Shown here: piece by piece, positions 20,724-31,571 of the stretch
How the letters are laid out: each line of letters opens with the position of its first letter
Position numbering within the stretch: the stretch's first letter is position 1
DNA from: an uncultured bacterium
GTDB taxonomy: Bacteria; Babelota; Babeliae; Babelales; JACPOV01
Length of the DNA: 64,000 nt
Reading direction: 5' to 3'
Assembly: GCA_963744715.1 (NCBI GenBank)
Contig: CAVUUR010000012.1
Coordinates: 96,001 to 160,000 of the forward strand
The notes under the pieces: generated by a model
Told to the model about the DNA's origin: nothing
Database searches by the model: none
What the model saw: the letters and a program-made list of their open reading frames with translations, nothing else
Program-made: the position numbers and the translations under genes

Positions 20724-21558
20724 TTAGTCAGCATCTTTATCAAACGTAACGTGCTCATCAACTATTCTTATGCGCTGAATATCAATTGCTTTACCAGTTT
20801 GCGTATCAATATCAATATAAACGCCGGAAAGAAGCATCGGACCTTCTGTTTCCACTGAAAATTTTACCGGCATTTGCGTTAAGAAATTTTGAATAATTGG
20901 TTCTTTTTGCATACCGATCATGGAATTAAGGGCACCAGCCATACCAAGATCGGAAATATAGGCAGTCCCATTGCGGCAAGTACACGTTCATCGGCCGTTT
21001 GAATATGCGTATGCGTACCTACAACGCGCACTTACCTTACCATCAAGAAAATAGCCTAACGCCATTTTTTCCGACGTTGCTTCAGCATGAAAATCAACAA
21101 TAATAATATTAGTGCTGACGAACGAATATAAGTTAACATTGATTCAACGGTTCTGAACGGGCAATTTAAATGTTCTCGCATAAAAATACGGCCTTGCACA
21201 TTGATAACACCAACCGATATTCCTTCTTTGCTCAGAAAAGTTGTTACACCAACACCCGGACAATCTCCAGGAAAGTTAGCCGGACGCAAAAGATCTTTGT
21301 TGGTCTGCAAGATATTAATAAATATCTCGAAAATGCCAGATATGATTGCCGGAGGTAATAACATCAACGCCGTGATGTTTAAAAAAGCGCACCGTGCGCG
21401 GTGTAATACCGCGCCCATCATTGCGCTGCAATTTTCGCCATTGACAATAATACATCAATAGCATATTCTTCTTTTAATTGAGCAATATGTTTTTGAAACA
21501 TTGCTCGCCCTGGTAGCGCCAACAATATCACCCAAAAATAATACGCGAACGTATTCAT
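20724..21558 (-). CDS. ymdB: YmdB/TIGR00282 metallophosphoesterase (multiple frameshifts in this sequence)
   Basis: Fragments [58 protein letters not shown]; lies downstream of rny. Confidence 0.85.
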
Positions 21559-23139
21559 ATGATTACCTTAGCATATTCTATTGATCGTTTTTCACGAATA
21601 ACGTTAACTTTAATTTGTCCAGGGAATGACATTTCTTGTTCAATCTTTGCGGGCAACATCACGCGCTAAGGTTGCTGCTTTTTCATCATCCAAATGATCT
21701 TCTTCAACAATAATGCGAATTTCACGACCTGCTTGTAATGCATATGCTTTTTTAACGCCTTCAAATGAAGTTGGCAATCTCTTCTAATTTTTCAAGACGT
21801 TTAATATAGGCAGACAACGTTTCACGACGCGCTCCAGGCCGTGAAGCAGAAATAGTATCGGCAATCATAACAATCGGACCATAAATCGAAGTAAATGAAA
21901 TTTCTTCATGATGTGCTGCAATAGCATTGACTACAAATGGATCTTCCCCGCAGCGTTTTGCAATTTCGCCACCAATTAATGGCATGAGGGCCTTCAACTT
22001 CTGCGCGTAACCGCTTTACCAATATCATGAAAAAGCCGGCACGTAAAGCTAAGCTGACCATCAAGACCCAATTCTTCGGCAATCATTCGAGCAAAAAGAC
22101 CAACTTCTTTGCTATGAATTAAAACATTTTGTGAAAAACTGGTTCTAAAATGTAATTTGCCCAAGTAACGTGACAATTTCTTGATGTAATCCCTTGAAGA
22201 TTAAACTCAAGGACAACTTCTTTGCCATATTCTTCAATCATTTCATCAATTTCTTTTTCGCATTGTGCTAACGGTTTCTTCAATGCGCGTTGGATTAATA
22301 CGGCCATCAGCAATCAATTTTTCTAATGAGCGACGTGCAATTTCTCGTCGAATGGGATTAAATCCGGAAATAGTAATAATTTCAGGCGCTTCTCCAATAA
22401 CAAATTCCATTCCCGTTGCCATTTCAAGAGATTTAATATTACGGCCTTCTTTACCAATAATGCGCCCTTTCATTTCTTCATTAGGTAAATGAACAACACC
22501 TGAAGAATGTGGGCCGACTTGGTCAGAAAGTATATCGCTGCATTGCGGTAACGATAATCTGAATTGCTTGATCTTTTGCCTTTGACGCGATTCTTCTTCA
22601 ACTTTTTGAATCCATTTTTCGCTGGTTAATCGAACTTCAGCTCTCAAGCGTATTCAAAAAGTTCCTTTTTGCGCTTCATCACGAGTCATACCTGCTAATA
22701 TTTTCAAGTTTACTAATTAATTCATTGTATAATGATTTAATTTTATTTTCATTGATCCGCAATTTATCATTAATCGTGATAAATTACGTTCTTTTTGCTG
22801 AATTTCTTGGCTTGATTCTTCAAGCCGCTGTTCTTTTTTTTCTAACGTTTCGAGCGGGTATTAACTTTATTGTTGAAAACGCTCTAACTCAAGTTCTTTC
22901 AGTTTTATTTCAAGTTCAAATTCATTACGGCGTTTATGCAATTCATCCTTAAGCTTTAAGAGTGATTCGCGACGCTCATTTTCTATATCTCTTTTAGTAT
23001 TTTTAATAATCACATTTGAATCATTAATAATGCGTTGAGCGTGGCGTAATCTTCTCCTTGCAAACCAGAGAATACCAAGCCCTGTAGCAATACTGATAAT
23101 TCCAAGAACTATCAACCATTCAGGCATAACTATAATCAT
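21556..23139 (-). CDS. rny: Ribonuclease Y (multiple frameshifts in this sequence)
   Basis: N-terminal TM and coiled coil, KH domain [35 protein letters not shown]-terminal IEYAK. Confidence 0.92.
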
Positions 23140-23318
23140 AATAATCCTACTATTAATTTCAAAAAATCAACCTAACGTCTATTCTCATAGTACCATATTT
23201 TTATGCATAATACAGCATACATACCATAGTACATGGGCAAGACATCAGCATACAGCCAATAATAAATAAAGTAATACCTGCAATCATAAAAAAAGAAAGG
23301 AAAGAAAACGGCTATTTC

Positions 23319-23606
23319 TTACAACAACCCTGCAATTTCATGGTCAATAAAGCGCAATAAAGCATGTTCTTGATTTTTCATTTCATCTACGACAGCTTCC
23401 AATGCTATCAATTTAGTCGCTAATTGTAATGCGATTAATGAAATTACCTTATGAGCATCAAAACCTTGCTTCATATCAGAACCACTATTGATAAGGCTAT
23501 TTATCAAATCAACTGCTTTTGCCAAGCGATCGGCAGGTTCGTCACTAATAATAGTATACCGTTGGTCACCAAGAGTAATAGTATATTTTTTTGCTTCGTT
23601 TACCAT
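23319..23606 (-). CDS. zapA: Cell division protein ZapA
   Basis: ITLGDQRYTIISDE..RLAKAVDLIN..IALQLA; zapB-zapA-rny synteny. Confidence 0.75.
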   Translation of the reverse strand: MVNEAKKYTITLGDQRYTIISDEPADRLAKAVDLINSLINSGSDMKQGFDAHKVISLIALQLATKLIALEAVVDEMKNQEHALLRFIDHEIAGLL

Positions 23607-23609
23607 GAT

Positions 23610-23858
23610 TTAACGTTGATCACTCATTAATGAATCAATACTTTTAATTAAATCGTCAACGATATGTTTAGTGCGCGTTTTTTCCTGTGTCAGCTCATCA
23701 ATATTTTGATTATTATTAAGCAAGGCAGTTTCTACTGAATTCAACCTTTGCATTAACTCATCATTTTCCTGAAGTAAATGATCATTTTTTTTTGTTACAT
23801 CATGAATTTTAGCAATGAGCTGTGAAATCTTTTCTTTAAGAGCTTCCAATGTTTCCAT
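23610..23858 (-). CDS. zapB: ZapB-like coiled-coil protein
   Basis: METLEALKEKISQLI heptads; directly upstream of zapA. Confidence 0.65.
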   Translation of the reverse strand: METLEALKEKISQLIAKIHDVTKKNDHLLQENDELMQRLNSVETALLNNNQNIDELTQEKTRTKHIVDDLIKSIDSLMSDQR

Positions 23859-23949
23859 TCATTCTCTCCTTTTTTTATGATGCAACTCACTTTATATTTT
23901 TATTATCATACAAAGCTTAGTCTACTTATGCGTATTGAAATATGTCAAG

Positions 23950-24290
23950 TTATTGGGCTGCAAGTTCAACAAGCTTGGCGAATGCTTGTGGTTCATAGAT
24001 CGCAAGTTGACTTAACATTTTTCTGTTCAAAACAATTTCAGCCTTTGATAAGCCACTTATAAACTTATTATAAGGCATGCCATGTCGCATTGGATGCCAA
24101 TTCGCGTAATAAACAAAGATCGCATATCTCGTTTTAAGAGCTTACGTCCTTTAAAAGCAAAAGCTGTGCGCGCAACAATGTTTCTTGTGCACGTTTTAAA
24201 TATTTTTACGTAAACCCCAATAACCTTTGGTTTTACTTAAGAGCTTTTATGTCTTTTTTTACTTACTAGTCCGCGTTTTACTCGTGTCAT
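23950..24290 (-). CDS. rplT: 50S ribosomal protein L20 (frameshifted in this sequence)
   Basis: MTRVKRGLVSKKRHK start; LNRKMLSQLAIYEPQAFAKLVELAAQ end. Confidence 0.9.
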
Positions 24291-24328
24291 AATAATCCTT
24301 AGTATTTTCTATACAGTATTATTATCGA

Positions 24329-24526
24329 TTAATAGGGCAGAAGAGGAATTTGCAATGACCTCTATCGCATCCATTAATATATAAATGCTCTTCGCATTCC
24401 TTGTTTCTTCTTAGCAGTTTTTTTAGTCATAAATGTCGTCTGCCAGCCTTTGCTGCCTTAAACAACTTACTTTTTAGTTTTTTAAATACGTTTACTAGCC
24501 CCAGAATGAGTTTTCATTTTTGGCAT
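24329..24526 (-). CDS. rpmI: 50S ribosomal protein L35 (frameshifted in this sequence)
   Basis: MPKMKTHSGASKR start, LPY end; located between infC and rplT. Confidence 0.88.
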
Positions 24527-24547
24527 ATTTAACCTTCTTGATGTATA

Positions 24548-25097
24548 TTATTTCAAAAAATAAATTCTAGACCATAACGATGGACTTTTTGATTCTTTTT
24601 CCTGCAGGATGTTTCAGAGTCCCTCTTCTTTAAATGTCTGATTAATTTTTTCAAACATTTGTCCGCCACGTTCCTGGCTTGAAGCGACCTCACGGCCCTT
24701 AAACGACAAGGGTTATCTTAAGATATTTACCTTCTTTTAAAAATTGGGTACCTTGCTTTAATTTGGTCTGATAATCATGTTCACCAATCTTTGTACGCAT
24801 CTTAATTTCTTTTACTTGAACAACCTTTTGATGCTTCTTTGCCTCAGTCTGTTTTTTCTTTTTGGCATATAAAACTTACCAAAATCCATAATTTTTGCTA
24901 CTGGTACACCATCCGCCCAGTATCAGACACCATAACTAAATCAAGCTCGGCAGTACGAGCTAATTTTAATGCTTCATCACGAGTGATAACACCTAAATTT
25001 TCACCTTCGTTATTAATTAACTTGAATGCGTTGTGCACGTATTTTTTCATTAATAGGCTGCGATATTTCATCTTTTAACTATATTACTTTGGTTTCA
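24548..25097 (-). CDS. infC: Translation initiation factor IF-3 (frameshifted; start approximate)
   Basis: INEKIRA, GENLGVITRDEAL, LDLVMV, PVAKIMDFGK, VKEIKMR.KIGEHDYQTK, FKGREV. Confidence 0.9.
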
Positions 25098-26171
25098 AAT
25101 TAAAAAATCCTTTTTAAAATCGATAATTACGTTAAGCTTTACTAGCAATACTTTTTGCATATTTTTCATACCTCTTTTTATCTGAGCGTCAGGGTTTGCT
25201 TTTAAGTAAGTCAATGCCTGATCTCTACCTTGTGCAATTTTTTTGCCATCAAAACTAAACCATGAACCTGATTGTGCAATAATTACGTAATGTAATGCAG
25301 CATCGAAAAGATCGAGTTCTTTGCTAATACCTTCACTAAATAGAAGATCAAGCTCTACTTTTTTAAAGGGAGGAGCCATCTTGTTTTTAACTACTTTAAC
25401 AACGATACGATTACCAAAATGAACGTCATCTTTTTTTAAGACTGCCAATTTTACGTACATCAAGTCGAAATGATGCATAAAATTTCAGTGCATTACCACC
25501 AGTAGTGGTTTCTTTATTAGCAAAAGGCATAGCATTAATATTATGCCGAATTTGGTTAATAAAAATAATACGGTTTTTGATTTATGAACAATTGGCGTTA
25601 ATTTACGCAATGCTTGGGACATTAAGCGAGCTTGTAGCCCCACATGTAATATCTCCCATATCGCCTTCAAGTTCCGCTTTAGGAACCAATGCGGCGACTG
25701 AATCGATTACTATAATATCAACCGTTCCGGAACAAACAAGCATTTCAGCAATATCAAGCGCCTGTTCACCATAATCTGGCTGAGAAATAATAAGATCATT
25801 AATATTAATACCTAAATTGGTAGCATAGGTAGTATCCAAGGCATGTTCAGCATCAATATAAGCACAAATACCACCCTTTTTTGCGCCTGCGCAATAGCAT
25901 GCATAGCCAAGGTAGTTTTTCCTGATGCTTCTGGCCCAAAAATCTCTACAATTCTACCGGCAGGATAACCACCTATCCCAATTGCCTCATCGATAAGAAT
26001 TGATCCGGTTGATATGGCTGGAGTTTTATCATCTTGGCATCCCCCAAGAACATTACCAATCCTTTACCATGTTCCTTTTCTATATGGGCAAAGGTAGCCT
26101 CAAGAATTTTTCTTTTATTTAGTGTCAGAAGCGGATACTTCTACAATATCTTCAGTAATTTCTTTAATCAT
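25095..26171 (-). CDS. recA: RecA recombinase (multiple frameshifts; end approximate)
   Basis: [84 protein letters not shown]. Confidence 0.95.
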
Positions 26172-28153
26172 TAAGGTAATTCTTCCATTGGTAATTCATC
26201 ATTGGTTTCTTTTTGCACTGATTTTATTGTAGCATTTCTATATAAAGAAGCAATATAACCTCTATAGAGAAGCTCTTTTTTCTCCTGCATTAACGACCCG
26301 CGGGTTTCCCGCTTTTTTTGATCTATAAGGGCTGAATCGAGCGGCATTACCTCTTCTAATTGAATAACATAGCCATGGTCATCCTCTTGTGCTGTCATCA
26401 AAGATCCTGCCGTAGTAAGCGCTAGCATCGAAGCAACGGGGATCCCTTTTTTGCCTAAAGCATCAAGTTTTTCCGTATCATCCCGCTGTATAAAACCGGT
26501 ATTTTCATAAGAAATTTTCAGTTTTTCAGCTGCTTTTTTTAGTGATTCAGCCTGTGCCATTTTCTTTAATTCTGCTAATCTGGCTTGCATTTCAGCATGT
26601 GCTTTATTAGTATACAAGTCTTCTTCTACCCTTTTTTTAACATTTTCTAAGGTCGGCTCATAGGTTTTTTGTATATCAGAGACCGCTGTTATCACACCAT
26701 TCCCTTGCTCATCGATAAAATAACCCGTGTTTGCACGAGCTGTTTTAAATATTTTTTGAGCCAGTAAGGAATCATTTTTTTGCAGATGTTCCATATTCTT
26801 TTTCGTGGCATTTTTTTGTTTTGCAAATTGCTGTAATTCGTCTTGGGTATTATTCTTGTCTATGAGCGATCGCGCCTCATTAGTAAACTGCTCAGCGAAA
26901 GCTCTTTTTAATAAAATCGTTTGAATATCTTTTTTTACGGCATCCAAAGACTTGTACGTTGCAGGCTTTCTGCTTACGCGTTGGATAATTTCTAGTCCAT
27001 CATTAGTAGTAATAATTTCTGAAATTTGCCCATCTTCTTGCAAGCGGAAGGCAGCTCGCTCAAAAGCAGGATCTTTTTCACCTTTTTTTAAAGGTTCTAC
27101 CAGGCCGCCCTTAGAAGCAGTTTTAGTGTCTTCAGAAATTTCTTGGGCACGTTGCGCAAAAACCAACGGATTTTTAGTCAGTTCTTCATACACTTCCTGA
27201 GCTAATTCGTAAACCGAATTTACATCGGCTTTATCGGCAATTTTAAAAAGAATTCTGCGAACTTCTACTTGAAGTGGTGTATCAATAAACTTTTGTTTAT
27301 TAGTGTTGTAATACGCAGCAACCTCTTTATCGTCAATGGTAATACCATAATCAGTGGGAGCGAATTTCCATACGGTAGCAGCTCTTTCTTCTGGGACCCA
27401 GTATCTTTTTGAGGTTGCATTTTCTTTGGCAAAGAAGGTTGCTAGCTCTTCTTGCGATAACGGTTTAGTTTTCACTTCTTTTAAAAAATTGTTAAATTCA
27501 AGCCTTGCTACGCCATAATTTCGACGGGCAAATGAAGCAAGCATAGCGGTATTAAGTTCATCGTTTGAAACATAAACTGATAGCTTTACAATATCCGAAA
27601 CCATTTTTCTTTTTAACGCTTTTTCGATGAGTTGCTCAAAATTTCCTAATGATAGCCCCTGTTTTTCCAAATAATATTTTAAGAAAGGCATATTGATGTG
27701 CCCTTGTTGCGTCATTGCCTGCAATGGAATTACATCGCGCAATTCTCTTACCACAAAAGCCGGATCTTGTAATTTTTGAACAACAAATTCAGGAGCAATG
27801 CGCAAATGTATCGCATCAACGACCGCATCCAACAGCGCCTCAACAATCAAGCTATTTACGGCAACTTCTTGTGGATTATTCATACCAATTGATTGCAGAA
27901 AAGAATCCGCATATTGACCAAGTTGCTGACGCAGTAGCGCAAAACGCTCAAATTCTAATGCCGTCTTTTGTTGCAATTCTTGTTGTGTAATACCACGGCC
28001 ATTAACGGTAATAATCGCTGACGGCGTAGATCCCAATTTCTTAAAGAGATTAGGGGTCAATAGCAGACTTCCTCCCGCCATCGAAAATAATGTTACCCAT
28101 ATAACAATCTTATATACTTTACTGTTGATCATCTTTTCACGTAATAGAGTCAT
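26171..28153 (-). CDS. ppiD: PpiD/SurA-type peptidyl-prolyl isomerase
   Basis: N-terminal TM, SurA_N-like region, parvulin domain (VRRILFK, FAQRAQEISED..KGG, FERAAF). Confidence 0.85.
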   Translation of the reverse strand: MTLLREKMINSKVYKIVIWVTLFSMAGGSLLLTPNLFKKLGSTPSAIITVNGRGITQQELQQKTALEFERFALLRQQLGQYADSFLQSIGMNNPQEVAVNSLIVEALLDAVVDAIHLRIAPEFVVQKLQDPAFVVRELRDVIPLQAMTQQGHINMPFLKYYLEKQGLSLGNFEQLIEKALKRKMVSDIVKLSVYVSNDELNTAMLASFARRNYGVARLEFNNFLKEVKTKPLSQEELATFFAKENATSKRYWVPEERAATVWKFAPTDYGITIDDKEVAAYYNTNKQKFIDTPLQVEVRRILFKIADKADVNSVYELAQEVYEELTKNPLVFAQRAQEISEDTKTASKGGLVEPLKKGEKDPAFERAAFRLQEDGQISEIITTNDGLEIIQRVSRKPATYKSLDAVKKDIQTILLKRAFAEQFTNEARSLIDKNNTQDELQQFAKQKNATKKNMEHLQKNDSLLAQKIFKTARANTGYFIDEQGNGVITAVSDIQKTYEPTLENVKKRVEEDLYTNKAHAEMQARLAELKKMAQAESLKKAAEKLKISYENTGFIQRDDTEKLDALGKKGIPVASMLALTTAGSLMTAQEDDHGYVIQLEEVMPLDSALIDQKKRETRGSLMQEKKELLYRGYIASLYRNATIKSVQKETNDELPMEELP

Positions 28154-28831
28154 TTATATACCTTTCACCATTACTATGCGCGGATTACTAATATGTTCGC
28201 TTTTCTTAATAGTAGCCATAATGGTATCTAATTCATGTTTTGGCATAGATTTTGTAACAACTTGATACCATGTTTTAGGTGCCAATGGCTGCCCCGTCGA
28301 AGCATGTTTACTAACATGTTTTACTATAGTAGTAACAATCCCCTTTTTTTGCAATCGATTTACCATTTTTTGTGCAGAGGTCATTAAAGAAAAACCAGCT
28401 AATTGTGCATAATAATGTCGTGCATCTGATGTAATAATATTTTCTGACGAATGTGTTTGAGTAACCAAAACAGGAGCCGAAACACTATTGGTAGATCCTT
28501 CAGATTGTTCCGGTTCTAATGATGCTTCTTTAGTTTCCAATTGAGCCGGTATGGAAGGTGCATCATCCGAATCCGATAATGATGGTTGATGCGGTCCGTA
28601 TAGTATGCTCATTGAATGATGGATATGATCAGCGAGCGCTTGTTGCTCAAGTTCGGCAGCAAGCATCGTAATCGCTTGATATTTACCAATAAAATAACCG
28701 GCTGAAAATAACGAAAAAAGTGACAGCAATGATAGAACGACTAACCTACTTGTCTGAGCACGCTCGATAATAAAATATTTTTTATCATTACACATGCACT
28801 GGTCATGACACGAATATTGTTGATTCATCAC
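28154..28831 (-). CDS. SPOR-domain membrane protein
   Basis: TM followed by low-complexity linker, YYAQLAGF..AQKMVNRL, WYQVV. Confidence 0.75.
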   Translation of the reverse strand: MMNQQYSCHDQCMCNDKKYFIIERAQTSRLVVLSLLSLFSLFSAGYFIGKYQAITMLAAELEQQALADHIHHSMSILYGPHQPSLSDSDDAPSIPAQLETKEASLEPEQSEGSTNSVSAPVLVTQTHSSENIITSDARHYYAQLAGFSLMTSAQKMVNRLQKKGIVTTIVKHVSKHASTGQPLAPKTWYQVVTKSMPKHELDTIMATIKKSEHISNPRIVMVKGI

Positions 28832-28862
28832 AAAATATCCTATGGAAATTATCTATTTATTA

Positions 28863-29825
28863 TTACATCAATGGTAGCTTTGATTGTACCATGTTTAACA
28901 ATGAATTACGATCAAATGATGCATCCACATAAAGTGGAATAGGCAATGTACAAAAGGATGCTATCTGATTGGCAGCAGCTATTTTTCTATGCATCATACG
29001 ACCAAATGTTCGCTGGCGTTTTGCATAAGAACGAGTTTTTTGCGCAATAATTTCTTTGAGCCTACAAAGCGATGGTATAGTAGGATCATCATTCAGATAA
29101 CGCATAATATCGTCATAACCAAGTAATTTTTTTCTCATCAAAAATGTTTCCCACGCCGTTCCCTTCAATTTTTTTGTTTCATCAATCCACCCTTGCACAA
29201 CCATATCATCTACGCGACTATTAATACGAGCATGAAGATCGGTGGTATCACGATCAAGCGTAATGAATAATGTTGGCGCTGGAGGATTATAGTGCGGCGC
29301 ATGATCTGAAGGCTTTATACCGGTGCTATGCCACAAAGCTAACGCACGGCGTAAGCGATACATATCAGCTTTATTGATTTGATGGGCACGAGTTGGATCA
29401 AGATTATTAAGCTTATCCCACAATGATGAGTCATCAAAATCCTCAGCCGGCGCAACATAGGATTTTGCCCCCGTTTCTTGTGGAGGAAAAAGAATCGACA
29501 GTATATAAAATCCGCTTCCACCTACCAGTATTGGGATCTTCTTGCGCTGCCATATTTCCTGCAAACAAGAAATCAGATATTTTCTATAGGTAACTACGGT
29601 AATATCTTCTGGATTATCAATAATATCAAACAGATGATGCGCGACCGACAATGTTTTCCATAGAGGCTTGGCTGTACCAATGGAACAAGGAGTATACAAT
29701 TGACCAACATCAGCATTGATAATTTCACCAGCAATACCCTCCGCTAAGTGTAGGGCGATATCAGTTTTACCAACGGCGGTTGGTCCATAGAGTATTATTA
29801 ACTTCTTATTCATAGTCCGTATCAT
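28863..29825 (-). CDS. miaA: tRNA dimethylallyltransferase
   Basis: GPTAVGKT, IGTAKP, LVGGSGFY, TRSYAKRQRT. Confidence 0.95.
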   Translation of the reverse strand: MIRTMNKKLIILYGPTAVGKTDIALHLAEGIAGEIINADVGQLYTPCSIGTAKPLWKTLSVAHHLFDIIDNPEDITVVTYRKYLISCLQEIWQRKKIPILVGGSGFYILSILFPPQETGAKSYVAPAEDFDDSSLWDKLNNLDPTRAHQINKADMYRLRRALALWHSTGIKPSDHAPHYNPPAPTLFITLDRDTTDLHARINSRVDDMVVQGWIDETKKLKGTAWETFLMRKKLLGYDDIMRYLNDDPTIPSLCRLKEIIAQKTRSYAKRQRTFGRMMHRKIAAANQIASFCTLPIPLYVDASFDRNSLLNMVQSKLPLM

Positions 29826-29865
29826 AGTGTTACATGGCCTTACCCTTTTTTTATTAGTATAGCAA

Positions 29866-30423
29866 TTATAAAGCTTTTTGGGTTATTTTTGTTCCATGTC
29901 CACTTGGTACCGCTATGGTTGAGGTAAAATAGGAGCGTACATACTCAATTGCCTTCTCTTCAACCAGTTTTTTCACCAACGCTATTTCTTCGACGATAAG
30001 TCGCTCTGTCCGATCTAATAGGTTTTTTTCGCAAAATGAAAGCTCTTTGTATTGTTCAATATACTTTAAGTCTCGATAAATCTCCGAAATATCCCGCAAA
30101 CTACCCGTCCGCAGCTTAATCTGATAATCCTTATTACGGTGTTTCCAGTTGCTTGCTACGAGGTCTGGATGTGGTATTTTAGGAGACGTTGCAGCTAAAT
30201 ATCGACAAATATCACTAATACTATCACTCGAACTGAGTGCGCGAACTCCAATAGCAAATAGATTCTGCATTGGAACTAATATTGTCATGTCTTGATTAAT
30301 AAATTTTAACTCATAAAATGTTGTTATTGTACCGGAAATAGTTTTTTCAACAATACGATGTACTTTTGCTACCCCATGACCAGGGTATACAACTTTTTCG
30401 TTTAGCTCAAATTGAACTGACAT
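29866..30423 (-). CDS. carD: CarD-family transcription factor
   Basis: FELNEKVVYPGHGVA, LVPM..GVRAL, NWKHR, KELSFCEK. Confidence 0.92.
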   Translation of the reverse strand: MSVQFELNEKVVYPGHGVAKVHRIVEKTISGTITTFYELKFINQDMTILVPMQNLFAIGVRALSSSDSISDICRYLAATSPKIPHPDLVASNWKHRNKDYQIKLRTGSLRDISEIYRDLKYIEQYKELSFCEKNLLDRTERLIVEEIALVKKLVEEKAIEYVRSYFTSTIAVPSGHGTKITQKAL

Positions 30424-31180
30424 GGGCAATCCTTCACAGAAAGTCCCGACAGTCGAAAAAGTTTTACCTACTATTAGTATAGCACAAGACGTCCCCATTT
30501 AAAATAATAATACTCACCTTTACTCAATCTCAAAAATAATGATTGGGAAGGGGCTTTAAAAGAAGAAAACAAAAATGGGCCAAGGGTAGCAATTTAATTA
30601 ATATTCGACTCAAAGCATTATAAATTAAATTTCGTAAATCCTACGCTAAAAATGATCAACAAAATTTTATTCGCCGATACGGAACCTATACATTGAAAAA
30701 ATAATTTAGATTATTTTCTTAATTTGTTTTTATTTGAAATATTCATCGTAAAACAAAAAAATGGATACCCTTTCTTTAATGGTGATGAGTAAAATATTGA
30801 GCTAATAATTTTTTACACGTTTACTACGTGGACTTTTAATGCATGGTGTACCATACATGCAAAAGCATAATAATCAAATACCAGCTCATTACAAAAATAA
30901 ATGGTAATTGAATAATGCAATTAAGGAGGCGCAATTTAGTTGAAAAATTATTAACGAAGGTTGCGGCGCCTGCTTTCCCCTTTATGGTTTTTATCTAGTA
31001 GTTGTTATAAGAATTTTTTGATTAATAAAGAAGCCCATCTGTTTTTTTAGCACCCTTTCATCGTACTATTATTTTTATATTTTTATCCCTGGAAAACATT
31101 ATAAATAATATCCTTGTTAATGTAGTTAACGCGTTAATTCGTTAATTGGTATATCTTTTACTTTTTTATTTATTACGTTC

Positions 31181-31225
31181 GATTGGTAAGTATCTTTATA
31201 CACTAGATACTTATTAATCTTTTTT
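31181..31225 (+). terminator. Terminator-like hairpin with no upstream ORF
   Basis: GATTGGTAAGTATCT / AGATACTTATTAATC 15-bp stem (two G-U pairs) followed by T6. Confidence 0.5.
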
Positions 31226-31434
31226 ATTCCCAACGCGCTACCTCCTAACATGGCGCGTTACATCCTAACTTCCTAACGTGTAATCGATAACCGTAACTTA
31301 ATCGCATGCGCAAGCTATGCGTAACCTAACCATCTACCGACTACCGATTGGTTACCTACTTATTAATCTTATATACACAATGTACATGTCATATGCTCTT
31401 ACCCTACTTCATACATAATACATACTAATCCTTT

Positions 31435-31466
31435 TAATCCTTATACATATTAATCCTTATACATAT
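31435..31466. repeat. 16-bp tandem direct repeat (x2) within a degenerate TAATCC/TACATA array
   Basis: TAATCCTTATACATAT at 31435 and 31451, with partial copies at 31412-31431 and 31467. Confidence 0.85.
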
Positions 31467-31523
31467 TACATAGTAACCTTTACTCTAACCCTTTCAATTT
31501 CCAGGCAAAGAAAACGAAGTCAA

Positions 31524-31571
31524 GACCGGCAGCCCCAACGTTACACCCCAAAGGTGTGAGGGCTGCCGGTC
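31524..31571 (+). other. GC-rich stem-loop of unknown function
   Basis: GACCGGCAGCCC / GGGCTGCCGGTC perfect 12-bp stem plus inner TTACACC / GGTGTGA. Confidence 0.8.

Noticed and set aside
23140..23318. 6S RNA expected from zapA-rny synteny and the roughly 180-nt gap
   Set aside because: No convincing long closing stem by eye; only short repeats (CATAGTAC, CAGCATAC) and a 28-codon hydrophobic ORF. Needs cmsearch.
20724..26171. Programmed frameshifting, an alternative genetic code or true pseudogenisation
   Set aside because: Breaks are frame changes in both directions without consistent slippery sites; long genes elsewhere read through in code 11.
30915..30998. 27-aa ORF MQLRRRNLVEKLLTKVAAPAFPFMVFI as a type I toxin or leader peptide
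   Set aside because: The strong SD lies inside the ORF rather than before it, and there is no homology evidence.
31412..31472. CRISPR array
   Set aside because: Repeats are 16 bp or shorter, adjacent, without spacers, and no cas genes are present.
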